DNA of 64,000 nucleotides. It comes from Rhodothermaceae bacterium Tc-Br11_B2g6_7. Its GTDB lineage: Bacteria; Bacteroidota; Rhodothermia; Rhodothermales; Salinibacteraceae. The stretch lies in contig LKNB01000011.1 of assembly GCA_001564055.1 (NCBI GenBank), positions 1,135 to 65,134 on the forward strand, written 5' to 3'. Below the pieces are notes generated by a model. That model did not search any database and had not been told where the DNA came from. It was given only the letters and a program-made list of their open reading frames with translations. Of the stretch, positions 54,499 through 64,000 are shown one piece after another (within the stretch, counting starts at the first letter, position 1; every line of letters begins with the position of its first letter). Position numbers and translations under genes: made by a program.

Positions 54499-55866
54499 TT
54501 ACTCGTCGCCGAAGAGGTAATCCACCACCACATGCCCGTGCGTGCGAACGCCAAGCTGCATACCGTCTTCGTTGAGGATAAACTCCGGGGTGTGGTGCGG
54601 CGGGGCGGTCTCGCGCGTGAAGCCCTCGGCCATGCCGCCGACAAACACGTACAGGCCCGGCACCTGCTGTTGGAAGAACGAAAAATCCTCAGCGCCGGTG
54701 ATAGGGTTGATATAGTGCACGTTGTCCGCACCGGCTACGCCGTTCAGCGTGGGTAGCAGTCGTTGCGTGAGATCGACATCGTTGTATGTGACCGGATAGC
54801 CGCGGCGGATCTCCACATCGGCTGTGGCGCCCATGCTTTCGGCGATGGTGGTGGCCGCGTGCCGGATGTCGTCGTGAATCTTGTCCTGCATCTCTTCATC
54901 GAGCGTGCGGATGGTGCCGATCATCGTCACCTCTTCCGGGATGATATTATTGCGCACCCCGCCTTCGATGATGCCCACGGAAATGACTGCGGCGGCTTTG
55001 GTGAGCTCGGTCTTCCGGCTGACGACCGTCTGCAGCCCGTTGATGATCTGCGCCGCCGTCACGATGGGATCTACGCCGGTCCAGGGTGTGGAGCCATGCG
55101 TCTGCGTGCCATGCACGGTGATCTCGAAGACGTCAGAAGCTGCCATGATGCCGCGCTCGCGGTACTCGATGTGGCCCACGGGCAGTTGGGAGGAGATATG
55201 CATCCCAAAGATGACGTCTACGTCCGGGTCTTGCAGCACGCCTTCGGCTACCATCATTTCAGCGCCGCCATCTTCGCCCGGCGGCGTGCCCTCTTCTGCC
55301 GGTTGAAAGATAAACTTGATCTGCCCGTGGAGCTCCTCCTGCATCTCGGTCAGAATCTGCGCAGCGCCCATGAGCATAGCGATGTGGGTATCGTGTCCGC
55401 AGGCATGCTTGACAGGCACCTCACGCCCGCGGTACTCGCCCGTAGCGGTGGAGGCAAACGGCACATCGGCGCGGTCCTCGACCGGCAACGCATCCATGTC
55501 GGCGCGTAGCGCAATCACCGGCCCCGGCCGCCCCGTATCCAGCAGCCCGACGACCCCGGTGTGGGCTACCTCGGTGGTAACCTCCAGTCCGAGCTCCTCC
55601 AGGAAGTCGGCGATGTAGGCAGCCGTCTCAAACTCGCGGTTGGACAGCTCCGGGTTCGCGTAGAAATGGCGCCGCCAGGCGATGACCTCCTCCTCGATTT
55701 CTGCTGCCCGCTGGTCAATCTGGGCTTTCAGGGCATCGGCCTGTGCGTGGGCCTCGGCGCCGGGCCATGCAAGGAGGAGCAGGACAAACAGCCCAACTGT
55801 GAGGGGCACGAACAACGCATCGGCACGGGGGCGGGGCGACGAATGGGTATGGACGAGGCAAGACAT
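54499..55866 (-). CDS. M20D-family amidohydrolase (N-acyl-amino acid amidohydrolase / hippurate hydrolase-like), secreted
   Basis: HACGHDTH metal motif, FQPAEEG, and a dimerisation insert. Signal peptide from ATG 55866. Confidence 0.85.
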   Translation of the reverse strand: MSCLVHTHSSPRPRADALFVPLTVGLFVLLLLAWPGAEAHAQADALKAQIDQRAAEIEEEVIAWRRHFYANPELSNREFETAAYIADFLEELGLEVTTEVAHTGVVGLLDTGRPGPVIALRADMDALPVEDRADVPFASTATGEYRGREVPVKHACGHDTHIAMLMGAAQILTEMQEELHGQIKFIFQPAEEGTPPGEDGGAEMMVAEGVLQDPDVDVIFGMHISSQLPVGHIEYRERGIMAASDVFEITVHGTQTHGSTPWTGVDPIVTAAQIINGLQTVVSRKTELTKAAAVISVGIIEGGVRNNIIPEEVTMIGTIRTLDEEMQDKIHDDIRHAATTIAESMGATADVEIRRGYPVTYNDVDLTQRLLPTLNGVAGADNVHYINPITGAEDFSFFQQQVPGLYVFVGGMAEGFTRETAPPHHTPEFILNEDGMQLGVRTHGHVVVDYLFGDE

Positions 55867-55989
55867 AGGCAGAGAGGCGAGGTGGTGGGTAGAAGGGCAC
55901 AGGTCCGGTGGACCGGACTGCCGGCCGTGTACACCTGTCAGTATACGAAATCGAGGCCTGCGATACACAGGGCCCTGTGCCTTACGTCC

Positions 55990-57093
55990 TCACCGGGTAC
56001 GTTGAAACCCGCTGCGCAGCACATCCTCCGCGGCTTTTCCCTGTGGCGTGAACGCCAGCGGGCGGTCGCCCTCCGCGGCCGGGTGCCACTTCCAGAAAAC
56101 CGCACCGGCGAACCAGGGCACCTCCGCAAAGCGCTCGAAAAAGGCCTGATACAGCGCTGCCTGCGCGGCCTCGTCGGGCGGCACCGGCTCATCGCGTTGC
56201 GGCCAGGCCCAGGGGCGTTGGCCCGCGTAGGACACGCTGCGATAGCCAATCTCCGTGAATAGCACGGGCCGATCCATCTCCATGGCAAGGTCGTGCAGTG
56301 CTTCCGCGTGACGGTCCCAGCCGGCGACAGCTTCCCGCACAGCCGGTGGGCCCGGCGAGTTGGTGAGGGGGAAGTAGGCCTGCACCCCGATGTAATCAAG
56401 CGCGTCCCAGAACGGCACGTCGGCATACTCATCGTGCCAGTTGCCGGCATAGGTGAGCTTCCCGTCGTAACGGGCACGGACGTCCGCAATAAGGGCACGC
56501 CAGAAGGCAGGGCGCTCTCGCGCTGCGCGGGCCAGCTCCGTGCCGACCACGAGCACATCGGCCCCGACCTCCTGTGCCAGGGTGGCATAATGCAGCATGA
56601 AGCGCCGGTAGTCGGCTTCCCACGATGTCCAGTCGTCCTCCGACTCAAAGCCGAGGTCTGCGCGCGTCTGCCCACCGGCATCGTAGCGCCCAATCCACAC
56701 ATGTGGCTTGAGGATGAGCCCCATGCCGCGTTCCTCGGCCTCAAGGGAAATCTGCCGAATGCCATCGTCGCTCTCGCTATACCAGCGGGCATCGGTGTTC
56801 ATGCGGATGGCAGGCGTATCGATGTGTTCCTGAAAGCCAAACGGGATCAGCGTGAGATGGGTGGTCCCGAGGGCGGCCAGCCGGTCGAGGTCCTCTGGTT
56901 CGTGCGGTCGACGCGCATCGAACGTCATGCTCCAGTAGCGCGCCGAGTCGGCCACCACGGGAGCGGCGGCCGGCGCCACCACCGACACCAGCGGGAGGCC
57001 AGACGGCAACGACTGCTCGGCGGTACAGGCCACAACGGTGGAAAGGAGCACGCCGAGCAGCAGCCACGTGACCAGGGGAAGCCGATGGTGCAT
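55990..57093 (-). CDS. putative clan GH-A TIM-barrel glycoside hydrolase (GH113/GH5-like) lipoprotein
   Basis: Lipobox VVAC. LVVGTEL, YAGNWHDEY and VLFTEIGYRS (TE-nucleophile-like) motifs. The family assignment is tentative. Confidence 0.55.
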   Translation of the reverse strand: MHHRLPLVTWLLLGVLLSTVVACTAEQSLPSGLPLVSVVAPAAAPVVADSARYWSMTFDARRPHEPEDLDRLAALGTTHLTLIPFGFQEHIDTPAIRMNTDARWYSESDDGIRQISLEAEERGMGLILKPHVWIGRYDAGGQTRADLGFESEDDWTSWEADYRRFMLHYATLAQEVGADVLVVGTELARAARERPAFWRALIADVRARYDGKLTYAGNWHDEYADVPFWDALDYIGVQAYFPLTNSPGPPAVREAVAGWDRHAEALHDLAMEMDRPVLFTEIGYRSVSYAGQRPWAWPQRDEPVPPDEAAQAALYQAFFERFAEVPWFAGAVFWKWHPAAEGDRPLAFTPQGKAAEDVLRSGFQRTR

Positions 57094-57384
57094 GAAGACA
57101 GACGGTATGATGGGAAACACACCTTGCACGCCAAACGCTCCATCTTCTTCCCATGGCACTCAATAACATGCTTTTGTGCTGTGATCAATGCAGTGCGTAC
57201 CTTATCCAGTGTTCGCTCTGAAATGTGTGCGCGCGCGCCATCTCCGGGCATGCCCCATCTATTAAACGTTGCTTCCGAAACGTCGATACTTCTGTGAGAT
57301 AGGACCTGTGGGATTAGGAAGCCAGCGCCAGCGCGGGGGGTTCTGTCCTCAGTCCTGTACCGTTGCCGCCGCTGTCTGATATCC

Positions 57385-60300
57385 GTGATGCCGATCTCCA
57401 AACCATCTTCTACGCCCCAACCGCCCGGAGCGCGCGGGCGCACGGCGCGGGCGTCAACGCCAGCGGTTAGCGTTGCCGATCGGCGGGAGGCCCTTCGGCA
57501 GTATGACCTGTTGCACCCCGGGCGCGATGCCTCCTTCGATCGCATCACGGACATGGCCTGTGCCGTGTTCGACGTGCCGCTGGCGGCGATCAGCATTGTA
57601 CGGCCGGATCGCCAGTGGATCCTCTCGGCAGCAGGCCCGGCGGCAGCGCAGTACCCGGAGGCCATGCCCACGCCCGACACGCCGTGCCGCGAGGTCACCA
57701 CGACGGAGCAAACGGTGGTCACGACGCTATCGGCGGCTGCCTACGAGACCGCACAGGTATTTGGCACGGTGCCGGCCGCGTGGTACGCGGGCACCCCGCT
57801 GCTGACGCCTACAGGCGTGTGCATCGGCACGCTGCACCTGCTGAATGACGCCCCTAAGGCGTTTGGCAGTGCCGACCGCGGGCGCCTGGCCGACCTGGCC
57901 GGGCTGGTGATGAGCGAGCTGGAACTGCGGCGCGCGCATCGGCCCGACTGGACCTTCTTTGAGGTGGCCAACGACGCGACCCTCGTCTTCGAGCCGGACA
58001 ACGAGGTCATCCTGGAGGCCAATCAGCGCGCCTGCGATTTGTACGGCCTCCCCGCCTCGGAGCTGATCGGGAAGTCTCTCCGCGAGTTTACCGTCGACGT
58101 CTCCCGCGGTCAGGAAGAGGTGGATCACATCCTCCGGCACCGCAGCAACAAGAACTTCGAGAGCACGCACCGCCGGGCCGACGGCGAACCCATTCGCATT
58201 CTGGTGAATGCCTCCGTTATTGAAGTAGACGGGCGGCCGTGCATCCTCAGTATCCACCGCGACATCACCGACCAGAAGCGGACGGCCCGGAAGCTACAGG
58301 AGAAGAAAGCCGAGTTTGAGGCCATCTTCCGCTCCATCCCCGACGCGGTTGTATTTGCCAACAATGAGGGCGCGATTGAGATGGTCAATCCGGCCTTCTC
58401 GTCGGTATTTGGCTATGCGGCCGATGCCGTTCAGGGCGAGCCGCTGGATCTGCTGCAGCCCCGACGCAACCAAACGATGGCCAACCGCTGCACCGCTATC
58501 GCTGAGGAAGCCCCCGACGAGCCCGCCTCCGAAGAGCTGCCCTTCCTGCGCAAAAGCGGCAAGCGCTTCTGGGGGCGCGCGGTGATGCTGCCCGTCACCG
58601 ATGCCGACGACGAGCTGCTGGGATTTCTGGGCATCATCCGGGATGTAACCGAGCAGCGTGCCGCGCAGGAGCAGTTGCGCACGTCTGAGCAAAAGCTGTC
58701 CCTGCATGTGCGCCGCTCGCCGCTGGCCTTCATTGAGTGGACGGCCGACGGACGCGTCAACGCCTGGAATCCAGCGGCCGAAGACATGTTCGGCTATACG
58801 GCCGAGGAAGCGCAGGGACGCAGCATGAACGAGCTCATCCTCCCGGACGATATCGTGGATGATGTGGCCGACATCTGGACGGCGCTCCTGCAGCAGGACG
58901 GTGGGACGTACAACATCAACCAGAACAGGACCAAGAGCGGTGAAACGATCACCTGTGAGTGGCACAACACGCCGCTCATCGACGACCGCGGCCACGTCAT
59001 GGGCGTGGCTACGCTGGCGCGCGACATCACCGAGCAGCAACGCATGGCAGAGGAGCTCCGTGCCAGCGAGGAGCGCTACCGCTCGGTGGTCAACAGCGTG
59101 AAGGAGGTGATCTTCCAGACCGACCTGCAAGGCCGGTGGGTCTTTTTGAATAGCGCATGGGAAGACATCACGGGCTACTCCATTGAGGAATCGCTGGGGA
59201 CGCCCTTCTACACGTACATGCACCCGGACGATCGGGAAAAGAGCCAGGCGTGCATCGAGCCGCTGCTCAATGGCACCGAAGAAGACGTGCGCTACACCGT
59301 GCGGTATCTGTCGCGCGGGGGAGAGGTGCGCTGGGTGGAGGTCTTCACCCAGATCCAGACCGACGCCGACGGCTTCATCAGCGGCATCGCGGGCACGTGC
59401 ACCGACGTTACCGAGCGGCTGAAAGCCGAGCAGGCGCTGCGGGACTACGCGCAGGAGCTGGAGGCGGCCAAGACCGAGGCCGAAGCGGCAACGCGCGCCA
59501 AGTCGGAGTTTTTGGCCAACATGAGCCACGAGATCCGGACCCCGCTCAATGGCATTGTGGGGATGACGAGCCTGTTGCAAGACACCCCCCTGGCACCAGA
59601 GCAGGCCGAGTTTGTGGAGACGATCCGCACCAGCGGGGATGCGCTCATGACCATCCTGAACGACATCCTGGACTTCTCCAAGATCGAAGCCGGACAACTG
59701 GACCTGGAGCAGGAGCGCTTCGACGTGCGGGGTTGCGTAGAGGATGCGCTTGACATGGTGGCACCTCAGGCCGCCGACAAAGGCCTGGAGCTGGCCTACC
59801 TCATGGACGAGACGGTGCCGGCCGCCCTCCGCGGCGACATCACCCGGGTGCGGCAGATCCTCATCAACCTGCTTTCCAATGCGATCAAGTTTACGGAGGA
59901 GGGCGAGGTGGTGGTGTCCGTCTCCAGCGAAACGCAAGACGATGGGGACGCCTCGCTGCATGACGTGTATTTTGCCGTCAAGGATACCGGCATTGGGATC
60001 CCTGAGGCACAGCAGGAGCGTCTGTTTGAATCCTTTCAACAGGTGGATGCCTCCACCACCCGCAAATATGGCGGCACGGGGCTGGGGCTGACCATCTCCA
60101 AACGCCTCGCAGAGATGATGGGCGGGAGCGTGTGGCTGGAGAGTGACGAAGGCGTCGGCTCTACGTTTACCTTCTCCATCCAGGCGGAGGCGCTCAAGAC
60201 GGAAAAGCGCGCCTACTTGCGGGGCGGGCCGTCGGTGCTTACCGATCGCCGCGTGCTCATCGTGGACGACAATGCGACCAACCGCCGCATCCTGCAGCAC

Positions 60301-61515
60301 ATGACGAAGAAATGGGGCATGCAGCCCACCGAGGCTACGGACGGCCCGGAGGCACTCCAACGGGTCCGCGACCATGCAGCGTTTGATGTCATCCTGCTCG
60401 ACATGCAGATGCCGCAACTGGACGGCCTGATGCTGGCGCAGCAGTTGCACGATATGCTGGATCCCGTGCCGCCCCTCGTCATGATTACATCATTGGGGCA
60501 GGAGATCGGCAACTCGAAAAAGGGGCGGATGCTGCTGGAGGCCACGCTCCACAAACCCCTGAAGCCCGCGCCCCTGCACCGCACCCTGACGCGACTCTTT
60601 GAGCGCACGGCAGACACGCCCGCGGCCGCCGAGGCAACGCAGGCAGGCGCTTCCGCCTCGCCAGTCGACACGGATGATGGGTTGGATTTGCTGTTGGTAG
60701 AAGACAACAAGATCAACCAGAAGGTGGCCGAGCGGATGCTTAAAAAGCTGGGCTACACGGCGGATCTGGCCGAGAACGGGCGCGAGGGGCTGGAGGCAGT
60801 GCAAGCGGCTGCAGGAGACGATACACCGTATGATGTGGTGCTGATGGACATCCAGATGCCGGAAATGGATGGCCTTGAAGCAACCAAAGCGATTCGCGAG
60901 GCCGTCCCCAAGGCGCAGCAACCCCGCATTATTGCGATGACGGCCAACGCTATGATGGGCGACCGCGAGCGCTACCTGAAGGAAGGCATGGACGCGTACC
61001 TCAGCAAGCCGGTGCGGGTGCAGGAACTGGGCGACCTGCTGGATACCTACGCCACCGAGGCCGCACAGCGGCGGAGTGCCGCGCCTGCTGAAGCAGCACC
61101 TGCATCGAATGGCACGATTGAACCTCACCCCCTATCAGAAGATGAAGTGGCGGCCATCGCGGCCTTTACGCGCCAGATGCAGGAGCAACTGCAGCGCTAC
61201 ATGGGCGAGAGCGATCAGGCGCTGGTGGAAGAGCTGGTCGAGGAGTTCATCGACGACATCCCCCAGCGGCTGGACGACCTGCGCCAGGGTCTCCACCATG
61301 CCAACGCGCGCCTGGTGGAACGGACGGCCCATACGCTCAAGTCCAGCAGTCAGCTGCTATGTGGAGACACCCTTGCTGCGCACTGTCAGACCATCGAGGA
61401 CCTGGCACAGGACGACGACCTGGAAGCCATAAAGGGGCAGCTTTCCTCCCTCACGCAAGAGGTTGAGGACTTTGCCATGCGGTGCCAAAACGCCCTGGCC
61501 TATTTGAAGCGATAA
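57385..61515 (+). CDS. cytoplasmic hybrid sensor histidine kinase: GAF, about 4 PAS, HisKA, HATPase_c, 2 REC and Hpt domains
   Basis: N-terminal GAF ([22 protein letters not shown]). PAS blocks. H-box [18 protein letters not shown] boxes ([22 protein letters not shown]). Two receiver domains ([28 protein letters not shown]). Hpt motif HTLKSSS. No TM segments. Confidence 0.95.
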   Translation: MMPISKPSSTPQPPGARGRTARASTPAVSVADRREALRQYDLLHPGRDASFDRITDMACAVFDVPLAAISIVRPDRQWILSAAGPAAAQYPEAMPTPDTPCREVTTTEQTVVTTLSAAAYETAQVFGTVPAAWYAGTPLLTPTGVCIGTLHLLNDAPKAFGSADRGRLADLAGLVMSELELRRAHRPDWTFFEVANDATLVFEPDNEVILEANQRACDLYGLPASELIGKSLREFTVDVSRGQEEVDHILRHRSNKNFESTHRRADGEPIRILVNASVIEVDGRPCILSIHRDITDQKRTARKLQEKKAEFEAIFRSIPDAVVFANNEGAIEMVNPAFSSVFGYAADAVQGEPLDLLQPRRNQTMANRCTAIAEEAPDEPASEELPFLRKSGKRFWGRAVMLPVTDADDELLGFLGIIRDVTEQRAAQEQLRTSEQKLSLHVRRSPLAFIEWTADGRVNAWNPAAEDMFGYTAEEAQGRSMNELILPDDIVDDVADIWTALLQQDGGTYNINQNRTKSGETITCEWHNTPLIDDRGHVMGVATLARDITEQQRMAEELRASEERYRSVVNSVKEVIFQTDLQGRWVFLNSAWEDITGYSIEESLGTPFYTYMHPDDREKSQACIEPLLNGTEEDVRYTVRYLSRGGEVRWVEVFTQIQTDADGFISGIAGTCTDVTERLKAEQALRDYAQELEAAKTEAEAATRAKSEFLANMSHEIRTPLNGIVGMTSLLQDTPLAPEQAEFVETIRTSGDALMTILNDILDFSKIEAGQLDLEQERFDVRGCVEDALDMVAPQAADKGLELAYLMDETVPAALRGDITRVRQILINLLSNAIKFTEEGEVVVSVSSETQDDGDASLHDVYFAVKDTGIGIPEAQQERLFESFQQVDASTTRKYGGTGLGLTISKRLAEMMGGSVWLESDEGVGSTFTFSIQAEALKTEKRAYLRGGPSVLTDRRVLIVDDNATNRRILQHMTKKWGMQPTEATDGPEALQRVRDHAAFDVILLDMQMPQLDGLMLAQQLHDMLDPVPPLVMITSLGQEIGNSKKGRMLLEATLHKPLKPAPLHRTLTRLFERTADTPAAAEATQAGASASPVDTDDGLDLLLVEDNKINQKVAERMLKKLGYTADLAENGREGLEAVQAAAGDDTPYDVVLMDIQMPEMDGLEATKAIREAVPKAQQPRIIAMTANAMMGDRERYLKEGMDAYLSKPVRVQELGDLLDTYATEAAQRRSAAPAEAAPASNGTIEPHPLSEDEVAAIAAFTRQMQEQLQRYMGESDQALVEELVEEFIDDIPQRLDDLRQGLHHANARLVERTAHTLKSSSQLLCGDTLAAHCQTIEDLAQDDDLEAIKGQLSSLTQEVEDFAMRCQNALAYLKR

Positions 61516-61775
61516 GTAAGGGGTGACCGTTGGGTAGGACGGGCGGGGCTGGCGTGCCTGTGGCCCGAGATGTGGAAAATCCTGCCGGCGGGGAGCTGAA
61601 TAGGGGAGGGAAGAGCCCGCTTGCATGCGGACGCTTTACGCTTTTCAGCGATGGTGGCGATAATCGTTAAAGTCGCCCTTGTGGGGCCGATACCCCCTAT
61701 GCGTCGCTACAAGGTTTGGCCCATTGGGCTGGCGTGGGGCGCGTACACCGACACTCACACAACCCTCTCTTGGCT

Positions 61776-63689
61776 ATGTCCACCGTACGTAAATCGTTCG
61801 CGCTTCGCACAGAGCTGGCACTTTCATTTTTCGTGCTCTGCGTCTTTTCGTGGGGCGCTGGGCTTTTGATTGGAGTCTCTGAATCCATCCTCGTTCAGGG
61901 CCTTGCGGTAGGCATAGGCGTAGCTCTCGCTATCGGGATGGCTGCCGCTGTCATTCACCGCCTGGGCACCCCGGTGCACAACCTGTCCGCGGCTGCGGTC
62001 ACGGCAGCCAAGAACTACGGAAAGTCGGAGAAGCTCGCAGAGATCAACACCCACGGCGAGCTTGAGGAGATGGTGGGGGCGGTACAAGAGATGGCCCATG
62101 CCATCCGGCGTAGTGTGGGGGATATGGATGCCATCAGCGAGATCATGGCCAAGACTGCGCGGGAGGAAGAGACGAACGCGGCGCTTGAGCAATTCCTGGG
62201 CGGGGTCCAGCAAAAACTGGAGGCCAAGTATGCTGCCCTGAGCGTGTTTGATGACGCGGGCAACATCGATCGCTTCATCACGCTGGGGATGACGGAGGAG
62301 GATAAGCGCCGCATTGGCCGCCTGCCTGAGGGCAAGGGCCTGCTCGGCCACATCCAGAAGCATCAGAAGATGATGCGGATGGACGACATGAGCACGCACG
62401 AGGCGTCGGTGGGCCATCCCGCCGGCCATCCTGAGATGAAGGCCCTCCTGGCTGCGCCCATCATGTATCAGGGCAAATCTATCGGCAACCTCTACTTTTC
62501 GAATGGTCCGAAAGGCGACACCTTCGATGCCTACGATGAGCGCTTCGTGCGGAATGCCGCCCAGCTTGCCGCTTCGCTCGTTAACGAGAAGTTTACCAGC
62601 GAGAAGAACAACGAACTGATGAGCTATCTGCAAGATGAGACCGCCGCGCTGGTGCAAATCCTGGAACAGGTGGCCGATGGAGACCTAAGTGTAAATGTAG
62701 CGGTCAGCGACCGCGACGACGACATTGCGCGCCTCCGGCAGGCGGTGCGGCGCACCGTGGAGAGCCTCCGCAACGTCATTACCCAGGTAAAAGGTACAGC
62801 CCGAACGGTAAACGAAGCAGCGGGGCGTATCTCCAGTTCTGCGGAGCAGTTGGCAGCCGGGGCACAGGAGCAGTCAGCCCAGGCTCAGGAAGTAGCCGCG
62901 GCAGTGGAGCAGATGGCCCGTACCATCATGGACAACGCCAGTACCGCTACGCAAACCGTGGAGCTTGCCCAGAGCAGTGGCACGGTAGCGGAGGAAGGCG
63001 GCGAGGTCGTGCAGCAAACGGTCGACTCCATTCAGAACATCGCACACGTCGTCAACGACTCGGCGGAAACGGTGGAGCGCCTGGGGGCCTCCAGCGAAGA
63101 GATCGGCGAGATCATCTCCGTGATCTACGAGATTGCCGACCAGACGAATCTGCTGGCCCTTAACGCGGCCATCGAGGCGGCCCGGGCCGGCGAGCACGGG
63201 CGTGGCTTTGCGGTGGTAGCCGATGAGGTGCGCAAGCTGGCCGAGCGGACCACCAACGCCACCAAAGAAATCGCGGGCATGATCGAAGCCGTGCAGGGCG
63301 AAACCGGCGAAGCGGTAACGGCGATGCAGCGGGGAACGGACGAGGTGGCCCAGGGCATTGACAACGCCGATAAGGCCCAGCGCTCCCTCGACGCTATTGT
63401 GGAGCAAGCAAACGCGGTGGTCGATATGGTCAACCAGATTGCGGCAGCCACCGAGGAGCAGTCGACCACCAGCGAGCAGATTTCGCGCAGCGTGGAGGGC
63501 ATCTCCACCGTCTCTGCCGAGTCGGCCGATGGCGTCACCGAGATTGCTCGCTCCTCTGATGACCTAAACCGGCAGGCGGATACCCTCACTACCCTCATGG
63601 CACAGTTCCACACCGGTGAGGATGAGGCTGCCGCGCCGCGCCAGGGCAATGGCCATGCGGCCCATCGCCGCCCGATCCACGCGTCGTAG
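61776..63689 (+). CDS. methyl-accepting chemotaxis protein with a cytoplasmic GAF domain
   Basis: Two N-terminal TM helices with almost no periplasmic loop. GAF block ([11 protein letters not shown]...[30 protein letters not shown]). MCP signalling hairpin [39 protein letters not shown]. Confidence 0.9.
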   Translation: MSTVRKSFALRTELALSFFVLCVFSWGAGLLIGVSESILVQGLAVGIGVALAIGMAAAVIHRLGTPVHNLSAAAVTAAKNYGKSEKLAEINTHGELEEMVGAVQEMAHAIRRSVGDMDAISEIMAKTAREEETNAALEQFLGGVQQKLEAKYAALSVFDDAGNIDRFITLGMTEEDKRRIGRLPEGKGLLGHIQKHQKMMRMDDMSTHEASVGHPAGHPEMKALLAAPIMYQGKSIGNLYFSNGPKGDTFDAYDERFVRNAAQLAASLVNEKFTSEKNNELMSYLQDETAALVQILEQVADGDLSVNVAVSDRDDDIARLRQAVRRTVESLRNVITQVKGTARTVNEAAGRISSSAEQLAAGAQEQSAQAQEVAAAVEQMARTIMDNASTATQTVELAQSSGTVAEEGGEVVQQTVDSIQNIAHVVNDSAETVERLGASSEEIGEIISVIYEIADQTNLLALNAAIEAARAGEHGRGFAVVADEVRKLAERTTNATKEIAGMIEAVQGETGEAVTAMQRGTDEVAQGIDNADKAQRSLDAIVEQANAVVDMVNQIAAATEEQSTTSEQISRSVEGISTVSAESADGVTEIARSSDDLNRQADTLTTLMAQFHTGEDEAAAPRQGNGHAAHRRPIHAS

Positions 63690-63724
63690 CCCGGGGCTCC
63701 ACCTCATTACTCTTTGAACGGTTA

Positions 63725-63761
63725 GCGCGCCCTCTGCCGGTGGTAGAGGGCGCGCTTTCTT
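63725..63761 (+). terminator. Rho-independent terminator after the MCP gene
   Basis: GCGCGCCCTCT - GCCGGTGGT - AGAGGGCGCGC is a perfect 11-bp stem followed by TTTCTT. Confidence 0.75.
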
Positions 63762-64000
63762 ATGTGCGCGGGCTGGCTGGGCATGGCGGGGCTATGGCGT
63801 AGAAACGTCTCATACGCCATCCATCTTCTGATCCCTGCATCGTGCTGATGTTTTCGGTCCATCAGTCATATCCGGCCCGACGGACCAGCTGCTCCGGCGC
63901 ATCCCCGTACGGGCGGAGCGCCTCAGTCAGCACTCCTACATCGCCTGCGCCGCCTCCAGGCTTCCATTCGAACGCCACGCATGCATGAAGAACCCCTTCG

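Noticed and set aside
58294-60450. 718-aa minus-strand ORF antisense to the hybrid histidine kinase
   Set aside because: Same antisense high-GC artefact pattern. The plus-strand frame carries unambiguous H, N, G and receiver motifs.
63762-64000. Possible gene start at the window edge (ATG at 63981 or 63985 on the plus strand) and short ORFs on the minus strand
   Set aside because: Too little sequence remains to evaluate them. No ORF of at least 60 aa is present.

Overview
This is a 64-kb window of high-GC bacterial chromosome. Hand counts on sample lines give about 65-70% GC in most genes. The proteins are very acidic, nuoI stands alone, and lipoprotein and TonB-type secretion signals are common. 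Together these suggest a halophilic Rhodothermota/Bacteroidota genome of the Salinibacter type; that assignment is inference only.

I support about 45 protein-coding genes. I found no rRNA, tRNA or CRISPR array.

Main content, in order along the window:
- plsC and a low-GC family 2 glycosyltransferase.
- A tight four-gene minus-strand sugar module: an SGLT-type symporter, a GH100-like invertase, a fructokinase and a second SSF symporter.
- folA overlapping rlpA, then a type A chloramphenicol acetyltransferase-like gene, an amidohydrolase, dcp and a GNAT.
- An IS110-family insertion sequence sitting between two diverged copies of a roughly 130-bp repeat.
- thiL, a patatin-like lipase, a GH13 amylase, OsmC, a THI5/NMT1-like protein and a TonB-dependent receptor.
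- holA, stand-alone nuoI, der, EcsC and an MFP-RND efflux pair.
- An RqcH/NFACT homologue.
- Three consecutive secreted beta-propeller proteins, one carrying a Met/His-rich insert.
- Several hydrolases and peptidases.
- A 1376-aa hybrid histidine kinase followed by a GAF-containing chemoreceptor.

I found no recognisable defence or toxin system. The most unusual signals are non-coding:
- An orientation-locked intergenic repeat family of about 110 nt. Its C-rich strand always points at, and in three cases nearly abuts, a downstream start codon. Its G-rich strand fits the G-quadruplex pattern.
- A relic of a REP-associated tyrosine transposase (RAYT) HUH motif next to a REP-like hairpin.
- The IS110 element with a long, structured 5' non-coding arm that is a candidate bridge RNA.
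- A perfect 19-bp tandem repeat in the efflux promoter.

All calls come from reading the sequence and recognising motifs by eye. No database search was run, and gene starts are approximate.
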